IMG/VR virus record: IMGVR_UViG_3300032260_000024
Location: 1-24,804 of that record
DNA from: a virus
Lineage: Duplodnaviria; Caudoviricetes
Reading direction: 5' to 3' (one strand)
DNA: 24,804 nucleotides
In this document: positions 1-6,385 of the stretch, in pieces
Layout: every line of letters starts with the position of its first letter
Numbering within the stretch: position 1 is the first letter of the stretch
The notes under the pieces: generated by a model
The model's input: the letters and a program-made list of their open reading frames with translations, nothing else
What the model was told of the DNA's origin: nothing
The model's database searches: none
Translations under genes and position numbers: made by a program

Positions 1-190
1 GCCAGTAGTGGGCAAGGTGCTTTACTTCCAAGCCGCAATTGGGACACTCAAGGTTGATGAATAAAACTTCCCTGATTTGATTCCGTTCTGATTCCTGCTT
101 ACCGTGATTCACGTATTCCAGTTCGCCTGGACAACCGAGTACAGGGCAGTTCCAAAGGTCGTGACTCAATTGGCATCGCTTGGTGGTCAT
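1..190 (-). CDS. Partial small zinc-ribbon protein (runs off the left edge)
   Basis: Manual translation from the ATG at 190, which overlaps the upstream stop as ATGA: MTTKRCQLSHDLWNCPVLGCPGELEY...LECPNCGLEVKHLAHYW. It has two Cys pairs (CPVLGC, CPNC) and is open to position 1. Not in the ORF track. Confidence 0.65.
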   Translation of the reverse strand, partial: MTTKRCQLSHDLWNCPVLGCPGELEYVNHGKQESERNQIREVLFINLECPNCGLEVKHLAHYW

Positions 191-420
191 ACCGGTTCTC
201 CGGTATCGCAGTCGAAAATCCCAAGACCTTCATCCGTCTCATCTTCCTCAAGCCCTTCCAGTCGTCGTCCGTAATTCACATCATCCACATGCTCGTTGAT
301 TTCCTTCTGTGCTTCCTCGATGGTCTCAAACGTTTGCGGGACCATATCCTCATCGCGGTCGCCCACACTCCAAGCGTTGACCCATCCATCGCACCACGTA
401 TTAGTTCTGACTTCGTACAT
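187..420 (-). CDS. Small acidic phage hypothetical protein
   Basis: 77 aa, AAGGAG RBS upstream of the ATG, co-oriented and tightly packed with its neighbours. Confidence 0.75.
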   Translation of the reverse strand: MYEVRTNTWCDGWVNAWSVGDRDEDMVPQTFETIEEAQKEINEHVDDVNYGRRLEGLEEDETDEGLGIFDCDTGEPV

Positions 421-433
421 GATAATTCTCCTT

Positions 434-619
434 TTAGATGCTCAGTTTCGTTCCCTCTTGATGATCCACGACAACGCGCAGGACAGTCTTTGCCAAACCG
501 ATAGGGGTTTTATCCCCCCAGAAGGTATCGACTCGTCCGTTCTCCTTCACTTTCAGGTGAAGCAATTGGATCAGGTTGTTGCCTAGTATTTCGGCTCTCT
601 CATCGGTCAAGGTTTTCAT
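434..619 (-). CDS. Small phage hypothetical protein
   Basis: 61 aa, ATGA-coupled to the upstream ORF; contains GRVDTFWGDKTPIGL. Confidence 0.7.
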   Translation of the reverse strand: MKTLTDERAEILGNNLIQLLHLKVKENGRVDTFWGDKTPIGLAKTVLRVVVDHQEGTKLSI

Positions 620-840
620 AGGTCGTCCTCATTCACATTCGGTTGAAAATACCAGCTACCAACCGTGTTGCCATTGGTGTCTTTGATGTTGTGGTCGTTC
701 CATCCGTTATCGACTTCGGCGGCAACACGTTTGAGAATCTTTGCCACTTCAAATCGGCATATCTCGCCGTTCTCAGGCATTCCCGGTTCATCCACTTTGA
801 AGGCCGCATTATCCATATCGAATTTCATTATGAATTCCAT
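616..840 (-). CDS. Small phage hypothetical protein (DNAAF...D-NGN-VG type)
   Basis: 74 aa, GAGG RBS. The pattern DNAAF...EVAKILKRVA...IKDTNGNTVG recalls a recurring uncharacterised phage early-protein family (recognised from memory). Confidence 0.75.
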   Translation of the reverse strand: MEFIMKFDMDNAAFKVDEPGMPENGEICRFEVAKILKRVAAEVDNGWNDHNIKDTNGNTVGSWYFQPNVNEDDL

Positions 841-842
841 AA

Positions 843-1049
843 TTATTTAGCCTCCTCGATCATCAGGTGTCCGGGACCATTGCCTTCTTCGTCAGACGAT
901 ATGAACGCATGTATTCGTTTGCCATCTTTCCGGCAAAGCACAAGGCAGGGCATGGACTCGGTGAATTCATCCCCGCCATCTTCTGCGATACTTGTCACGG
1001 TGAATCCTTTCAACCGCTCTAAATCTTTCTTGGTGTTTGGGTGCATCAT
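843..1049 (-). CDS. Small phage hypothetical protein
   Basis: 68 aa, AAGGAG RBS, C-terminal SDEEGNGPGHL motif. Confidence 0.75.
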   Translation of the reverse strand: MMHPNTKKDLERLKGFTVTSIAEDGGDEFTESMPCLVLCRKDGKRIHAFISSDEEGNGPGHLMIEEAK

Positions 1050-1085
1050 AATTTGATCTCCTTGTTCAGGGCTGGATTGCCCGCA

Positions 1086-1115
1086 TGAAAGGGAGACCCG
1101 AAGGTCTCCCCCTCA
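1086..1115 (-). terminator. C(UUCG)G hairpin; possible weak intrinsic terminator or mRNA-stabilising hairpin
   Basis: Minus strand reads GGGAGACC-TTCG-GGTCTCCC, an 8-bp perfect stem extendable with G-U pairs. It lies just after the stop of 1122..1703 and is followed only by TTTCA. Confidence 0.5.
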
Positions 1116-1121
1116 AACTGG

Positions 1122-1703
1122 TTATCCAAAGACAACTTCACCAAACAGGCAACACTGGAGGAACACGTCCCCCGTGATTGCATCATCGCTCTCGTTACGC
1201 CAGTCGCCGAAGTGTTTCGGGTATTTCTCAGCCATGCAGGTGATACCTTTTTCGACTGAATCCCAATTCAGTGTGTGAGTCTGAATGTCGTCGTCGTCCT
1301 CGGTTGCCTCGTCATATTCTTCCTTGTCAACAATCTGGAGCCCTTCTTTGTTCTTTCGCCATGCCTCACAAGCGAGCCCTTGAAATGTGTTTGTGATGAA
1401 ATACCAGTAGTTGGAACCGCCCTCAAGAGCCGAAGCCAAGAGGTTGTCGATTTGTTCCAGTTCAATTTCCAGCATGACAGGGACGAACATTTTAGGAGGT
1501 TTGGGGTTGATCTCAAACCAGATGGGACGGCCAGCAGGTCCGTTGACGAGTTGAGCCTTCGCGAAATACCTGTAGTCGGTTGTTCCGTTATCCTCAACGA
1601 AAGGAATCATGTGATACTGAATCCCTCCGACCTCTTGAATAACTCTATCACCGCCAGAATCTCTAACTTTGCAATCAGGTGAATCGATTAATTTGTATTC
1701 CAT
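1122..1703 (-). CDS. Acidic phage hypothetical protein (EGGxNYW...FGEVVFG family)
   Basis: 193 aa, TAAGGAG RBS. The C-terminal half (ALEGGSNYWY...DAITGDVFLQCCLFGEVVFG) resembles an uncharacterised phage family. Confidence 0.8.
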   Translation of the reverse strand: MEYKLIDSPDCKVRDSGGDRVIQEVGGIQYHMIPFVEDNGTTDYRYFAKAQLVNGPAGRPIWFEINPKPPKMFVPVMLEIELEQIDNLLASALEGGSNYWYFITNTFQGLACEAWRKNKEGLQIVDKEEYDEATEDDDDIQTHTLNWDSVEKGITCMAEKYPKHFGDWRNESDDAITGDVFLQCCLFGEVVFG

Positions 1704-1726
1704 GTCTTGATCTCCTTAGAAAGTTA

Positions 1727-1777
1727 AACTCAGACTCCCCGAAGGGAGTTTCGCCGTTCCCGGCTCGTCAGTGAGTT
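1727..1777 (-). ncRNA. Type I hammerhead ribozyme
   Basis: Minus strand reads AACUCA-CUGACGA-GCCG(GGAA)CGGC-GAA-ACUCCC(UUCG)GGGAGU-C-UGAGUU. This gives stem I (6 bp), the CUGANGA core, stem II with a GNRA loop, GAAA, stem III with a UUCG loop and a GUC cleavage triplet. All conserved core nucleotides are present. Confidence 0.93.
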
Positions 1778-2165
1778 AAATGAATGCTCCCGGCTCAACA
1801 TCGTTTCGTTTCAGGTCGAGCCCTTTCACATTAAAGAACATGGTAAATCGGCGGGTGTACATCCGAAGGAATGAGGAATAAGCCATTGCTCTGATCTTGC
1901 GTGAAAACTTGATGGTGGTCTTGGATGAATGATGAAGGGCAACAACGGGTAGGCACCAGTCGCAGTCCTCCTCGTACCAGCCGGAAGGCACGCGCATGTA
2001 GTCGGGAATGAGGAGGTTTGTCTCAGCGTCCACTTTAATACCACCATGACTGGCGGTATAGACGGCAGTAACGCCATGTTGCGCTTCCAGATTAGATGAA
2101 CGTTGAATCGGTCCCCAAGGTGAATGTCCCAAGTTTGGCTCCGGTACTCTCAAAGAATTAAGCAT
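1776..2165 (-). CDS. DUF7007-like protein; first gene of the early operon
   Basis: Motifs SPWG-IQ, TASHGG and GWYEEDCDW match my recollection of DUF7007. AAGGAG RBS. Confidence 0.7.
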   Translation of the reverse strand: MLNSLRVPEPNLGHSPWGPIQRSSNLEAQHGVTAVYTASHGGIKVDAETNLLIPDYMRVPSGWYEEDCDWCLPVVALHHSSKTTIKFSRKIRAMAYSSFLRMYTRRFTMFFNVKGLDLKRNDVEPGAFI

Positions 2166-2207
2166 AATGTGTTCTCCTTGTCTTAGTTAGATAAACATCT
2201 TACAAAG

Positions 2208-2236
2208 AAGATACAACCAGAAGGAATGATTGTCAA
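2208..2236 (-). promoter_or_regulatory. Sigma70-type promoter of the leftward early operon
   Basis: TTGACA (2236-2231), 17-bp spacer, TATCTT (2213-2208), about 40 bp upstream of the ATG at 2165. Confidence 0.8.
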
Positions 2237-2507
2237 CATGTAAACCGAAGAAAAGGGTAAAAAGATATTGGAATGTGTTGAAATGGTGACAATCGGGAGG
2301 ACTGGGTATTTGTAGAGTAATAATGGGGTGACAGGGCGATGGGCCAGTGTACGGGCTACTGATCGGGCGATATGTTTGGCAAAACATGTCGAGAAAATAG
2401 TGACTTGGAAGGGTCCAAAGATAGAAGGGTTTACAAAAAGGTGTTGCAAAGCAGACAGGGATTGTGTGACTCTTACCAGTAAGTCTTAAACACCACAGCG
2501 TCCAGAA

Positions 2508-2620
2508 CCCCGCAAACCAAAAACCTCCCGCAAAATCCCCAATTCTCCCGCAATCACACAAAAGTCGGCAACAACCGCTGACCTCCCGCAAAGACTCAAC
2601 CGACTTGCCGCAACAACCGC
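2508..2620 (+). repeat. Degenerate short direct repeats (CTCCCGCAA / GCAACAACCGC), ~20-bp period
   Basis: CTCCCGCAA at 2525, 2545 and 2583; CCCCGCAA at 2508; GCAACAACCGC at 2568 and 2610. Confidence 0.55.
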
Positions 2621-2705
2621 ATAATCCCTTCGTTGACTTCACTCTCCCCAAAACAGTACAATTCTCCTCGATATCAACTGCACACAAGCGTTGGAGGCAT
2701 CGATC

Positions 2706-3221
2706 ATGCAGTCAAAAGCAAAACTCGCAAAGAAATTACCGGGACCACGTAGGAAACTCACAGCGAAACAAGTGAAATGGCGTGACCATTATCTCGTACA
2801 CCGTAACGGTACTCAGGCATCATTACACGCTGGTTGCCCTGCGAAAAGTGCTTCCTCCTATGGATCAGTACTGCTGAAAAACCCTCTTATTCAAAAAGCT
2901 CTCGCCGAATACGACTTCGAGAAAACTTATCCGAAGGCAGTAGACAAGGGCTGGATAATCCAGCAGTTGCACAAGAGTTACGACACGTACCAGAAGAAGA
3001 ACGCTTCCTCGGCAGTCAGATGCCTTGAACAGCTCATCAAACTCAGTGATTTCGACCCCGACAAGTCCCCCGGCACATCAAAGGGTAAAAATACCCCGGC
3101 AAGTGATTCGGGGAAATTCAACGATATGACAACGGAGGAAAAGCTTGACGAACTCAGACGAACAACTGAACGCATTGCTGAATCAGTCAAGAGAGCTGGA
3201 CAATCGGGAAGCAAAGAATAG
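2706..3221 (+). CDS. terS: Terminase small subunit
   Basis: LTAKQ..W...YL...NGTQA...AG....A...GS.LLKNP.I is the Terminase_2-type HTH pattern. GGAGG RBS before ATG 2706; lies directly before terL. Confidence 0.88.
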   Translation: MQSKAKLAKKLPGPRRKLTAKQVKWRDHYLVHRNGTQASLHAGCPAKSASSYGSVLLKNPLIQKALAEYDFEKTYPKAVDKGWIIQQLHKSYDTYQKKNASSAVRCLEQLIKLSDFDPDKSPGTSKGKNTPASDSGKFNDMTTEEKLDELRRTTERIAESVKRAGQSGSKE

Positions 3222-4749
3222 CCTCTATGATTTCTCCTGCGTCATGGCCATCGAGGATATGCCTGTTGCCCATCATAAGCTGATCTGCACCAAACTGGAC
3301 GAGGTTGCCAGTGGTGTACTCGATAGGCTCATGATCCTCATGCCTCCCGGATACGCCAAGTCCACGTATGCCTCGGTCCTGTTCCCACCTTACTACCTTG
3401 CCAAGTACCCGAAGAAGAAGATTGTCGCTGGCTCATACAACACAGACCTAGCAGAGTATTTCGGAAAAAAAGCTCGCGAGGTGGCAGGCTCACGGAGGTT
3501 TTTCGAGATATGGCAACAAACCCTTGACCCCGGGGTCGGCAAGGCGAGATCGGAATGGGGCTTGACCAACGGATCGGAATATTATGGAACGGGTGTAGGT
3601 AGTGGAGTTACGGGTCGGCGTTCCGATTTAATTTTAATTGATGATCCGGTTAAGAGTAGGAAGGAGGCGGATTCGTTGACGGTTCGGAATGATACGTGGA
3701 ACTGGTATTTGACGGATATACGGAGTCGGAAGAAGCCGAATTGTGGGATTGTGATTATCAATACGAGGTGGCATGAGGATGATTTATGTGGGCGAATTTT
3801 AAATTTTGGGAGTAAGAGTGGGATAGAGGAGAAGCCGAAGTATGTGAGTGGGAGTGGTTGGTTTGAGGCTTATGATGGTGAGATGTGGTATGTGTTGAGT
3901 TTGCCAGCGATTGCGGAGGATCAGAGTAAGTTGGCGGAGCCGAGGGCGGGTAGTCGACCGGATAAGGCTGATCCGATGGGAAGGGCACCTGGGGAGGTTT
4001 TGTGGCCTTCGTATTATACGGAGAAGTTGGTGTATCAGGAGAAGGCGAGTCAGGACCCGCGGAATTGGAGTGCTTTGTGGCAATGTCGTCCGAGTCCTGA
4101 GGAGGGGACGTTTTTTGATCGGAAGGATTTAAAATTTTTTGAGGAATTGCCGAAATTTTTGCGGATTTACGGGAGTAGTGATTATGCGGTCACGAAGGAT
4201 GGGGGCGATTTTACGGAGTTGGGTATTTTTGGTGTGGATGAGCGGGACCATATTTATGCTTTTGACTGGTGGTATGGCAAAGAGAATAGCCTTGTGTGGA
4301 TGCAGAATTTGTTCCGGATGCAGAGAAAGAGGAATTGTAGCCTCTGGTTTGAGGAAAAAGGGCAGATAGAGAAGTCCATGGGTCCGATTATCGAGAAGCA
4401 TATGCGAGAGACCCGATTATTTTTTTCTCAGCACAAAATAGCGATGAAGCACGACAAGACGATGCGTGCGCAGACGATCCGCGCCAGGTTCGGGCAGGGC
4501 ATGGTTCATTTTCCCATGCAGTCGAGTCCCTACCATGGGAAATGGGTGGATCATGTCATCGGTCAGATGATGAATTTTCCGGACGGTACGAACGATGATG
4601 CGGTCGACGTGTTGAGTTTGCTCGGGTTGGGTTTGGGCCAGATTCACAAGGCACATATTCCGCTTGCATCTACCCCGAAACCGTCCTATCTTACGTTCGA
4701 TGAAATGTGCAAAGACGAAGTAAAACCGAGAAGTATTTACCGGCTATGA
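3145..4749 (+). CDS. terL: Terminase large subunit
   Basis: Walker A-like MPPGYAKS, G-GSGVTG-R, Walker B LILIDDP, TRWHEDDL and a C-terminal nuclease DDAVD. TTG start with a GGAGG RBS, overlapping terS by 77 bp. Confidence 0.95.
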   Translation: MTNSDEQLNALLNQSRELDNREAKNSLYDFSCVMAIEDMPVAHHKLICTKLDEVASGVLDRLMILMPPGYAKSTYASVLFPPYYLAKYPKKKIVAGSYNTDLAEYFGKKAREVAGSRRFFEIWQQTLDPGVGKARSEWGLTNGSEYYGTGVGSGVTGRRSDLILIDDPVKSRKEADSLTVRNDTWNWYLTDIRSRKKPNCGIVIINTRWHEDDLCGRILNFGSKSGIEEKPKYVSGSGWFEAYDGEMWYVLSLPAIAEDQSKLAEPRAGSRPDKADPMGRAPGEVLWPSYYTEKLVYQEKASQDPRNWSALWQCRPSPEEGTFFDRKDLKFFEELPKFLRIYGSSDYAVTKDGGDFTELGIFGVDERDHIYAFDWWYGKENSLVWMQNLFRMQRKRNCSLWFEEKGQIEKSMGPIIEKHMRETRLFFSQHKIAMKHDKTMRAQTIRARFGQGMVHFPMQSSPYHGKWVDHVIGQMMNFPDGTNDDAVDVLSLLGLGLGQIHKAHIPLASTPKPSYLTFDEMCKDEVKPRSIYRL

Positions 4750-4778
4750 AACCCTGAACCGTTGGAGGCGGAGAACCC

Positions 4779-4949
4779 ATGAATATTCCAGAAAAAATGA
4801 TTTACATGAACGCTAACCCGTCGACGCCCAGCCGATTGCAGGTTTACCTCTCGGAATTGCTCCTCGAGTTTTTGGACGCGAAGGCAAAGGCAATTCGGAG
4901 CTTCGACCGGCGCGTGATGGTTTCCTACGCCAAAGCGAACCGAAACTGA
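4779..4949 (+). CDS. 56-aa hypothetical protein coupled to the endolysin
   Basis: GGAG RBS; MNIPEKMIYMNANPSTPSRLQVYLSELLLEFLDAKAKAIRSFDRRVMVSYAKANRN; TGATG overlap with the endolysin start. Below the ORF-track cutoff. Confidence 0.6.
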   Translation: MNIPEKMIYMNANPSTPSRLQVYLSELLLEFLDAKAKAIRSFDRRVMVSYAKANRN

Positions 4950-5347
4950 TGGGCGACCTGACCTTAAACTTCTCAGCATACGAGTTTGCGTGCCATTGCG
5001 GAAATTGCACTCCCACGGTGCAAATGGACAAAGCCCATGTCAACCGGCTCCAGCGCATGCGGGATTTTATGGAGAAGGAGATCAACCCCACGTCCGGGAT
5101 TCGATGCCCTGCTCATAATAAAAAGGTTGGCGGAAAGCCCACCTCCAGCCACCTCAACGGAACCGCCACTGATATTGAGGTCGAAAACAGCTCTGACGAA
5201 CATCGACTGCTTATTGTCGAGGCGGCAATATACGTTGGGTTCACCAGGATAGGAATAGCTGAGCAATTCGTCCATGTAGACAATGACCCATCTAAAAATC
5301 CAGATCGAATGTGGATTTACCCACCCAAAAAGAAGGAGAGCGCATAA
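4949..5347 (+). CDS. Endolysin, peptidase M15A-like zinc peptidase
   Basis: Motifs NF...EFACHCG, SGIRCPAHNKKVGG..SSH..GTATDI and FVHVD. Confidence 0.9.
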   Translation: MGDLTLNFSAYEFACHCGNCTPTVQMDKAHVNRLQRMRDFMEKEINPTSGIRCPAHNKKVGGKPTSSHLNGTATDIEVENSSDEHRLLIVEAAIYVGFTRIGIAEQFVHVDNDPSKNPDRMWIYPPKKKESA

Positions 5348-5553
5348 TGTCTGAGGAAAATGAAACTCCACCTGTAGTCAAACCCGGAAAACAAACAAGC
5401 GAATTTTATGTAACCCTTGCCGGGATGCTTTCTGCCGGCGCTATGTTGGCGTTTGGTATTCCTGTGCCTCCGGAAGCTATTTTGGCCACAATTGGTGTGT
5501 TGGGCTCAGTTTATACCGCCGTTCGCGGCCTGGTGAAATCGAAAGGGAAATAA
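5347..5553 (+). CDS. Putative holin (two hydrophobic segments)
   Basis: TAATG coupling to the endolysin; KPGKQTSEF followed by two hydrophobic stretches and a basic C-terminal tail. Confidence 0.65.
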   Translation: MSEENETPPVVKPGKQTSEFYVTLAGMLSAGAMLAFGIPVPPEAILATIGVLGSVYTAVRGLVKSKGK

Positions 5554-5559
5554 TCCATT

Positions 5560-5916
5560 ATGCCTGATTCAGAATGGTATCAGAGCCTGGTTGTGCAATT
5601 AGGGGCGGGAGGGTGTTTTTCATTGATACTCACCTGGATTATATTGAAATTCTTCGTCAAGGTGAAATCCTCTGAAATTGAAAGATCCCCAATTGCGCAT
5701 GACCAAAACGGTAACGGTCTGACTTTCCAGAAATATCACGAGACAGTTATTCTCCCGAAACTCGACAAGCTACAGGAAGGGCATGAAACCCTGATCGGCA
5801 AAGTAGCCGCCCTACCCAGCAGAGGCGAAATCAACGAGGATCATAAAACCCTTCATGAGCGAATCACAAACCACGAACAGAAGTGTGTCAACTTTCAACT
5901 GAGACGCGAATCCTAA
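5560..5916 (+). CDS. Single-TM membrane protein of the lysis cassette (holin/antiholin-like)
   Basis: N-terminal TM (LGAGGCFSLILTWIIL) followed by basic residues and a helical soluble domain; adjacent to the endolysin and holin. Confidence 0.55.
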   Translation: MPDSEWYQSLVVQLGAGGCFSLILTWIILKFFVKVKSSEIERSPIAHDQNGNGLTFQKYHETVILPKLDKLQEGHETLIGKVAALPSRGEINEDHKTLHERITNHEQKCVNFQLRRES

Positions 5917-5967
5917 CCTTATATTTTCATCTTTTAAAATACAAATCAGATTGGAATGACAAAAAAA

Positions 5968-5983
5968 CGTTCCACATGGAACA
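5968..5983. promoter_or_regulatory. parS-like 16-bp palindrome
   Basis: CGTTCCACATGGAACA matches the parS variant TGTTCCACGTGGAACA at 14/16 positions; intergenic. Confidence 0.45.
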
Positions 5984-6046
5984 TTTCGGTGGTAATATTT
6001 TCGCAAGTTTTTGATTATAAACAGTGTGGTCCGAAGGAGACTCCCC

Positions 6047-6367
6047 ATGTTGAATGAATTAGTGCTTCAAACCGCGATTGTAGCAACGGCTGATGGTGTC
6101 GCCCATGAAAATAACGTCAGTCCATTTTTCCCGCGTCACAAGGTTATCGCTCGTGTCGATATGTCTGGATTCTCCGGAACTGTCCTGGTTGAGGGCTCCG
6201 ATACCGGTCTATTTGCCGGCGAAGAAACCACGCTATTTACGACCGGCGCCCAGACCACCGAGGATCGACCGTTGCAAGGGGAAATCACCCTCCCGAATTA
6301 CGTTCGCTCTACCGTCACGCGAAGTGCTGGTACTGTAGACTTCGTTAAACTGATTTCCGGAAACTAA
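6047..6367 (+). CDS. Small beta-rich protein, probably virion-associated
   Basis: AAGGAG RBS before ATG 6047; beta-strand-like pattern; immediately before the portal gene. Confidence 0.6.
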   Translation: MLNELVLQTAIVATADGVAHENNVSPFFPRHKVIARVDMSGFSGTVLVEGSDTGLFAGEETTLFTTGAQTTEDRPLQGEITLPNYVRSTVTRSAGTVDFVKLISGN

Positions 6368-6385
6368 ACCCTAAGGAGTGCGTCC

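Noticed and set aside
2508-2620. Repeats considered as a mini-CRISPR array
   Set aside because: Units are only 8-11 bp, degenerate and ~20 bp apart, with no repeat-spacer structure and no cas genes.
2183-2687. ORFs 2183..2449 and 2187..2687 on the minus strand
   Set aside because: No RBS, odd composition, and they overlap the early promoter and repeats; probably by-products of the strand skew.
3758-4401. His/Pro/Thr-rich antisense and alternate-frame ORFs within terL
   Set aside because: Explained by the extreme G/T bias of the terL sense strand; no RBS or protein-like features.
5560-5916. Possible i-spanin
   Set aside because: Basic residues follow the TM, suggesting a cytoplasmic C-terminus, and no lipobox o-spanin partner was seen.
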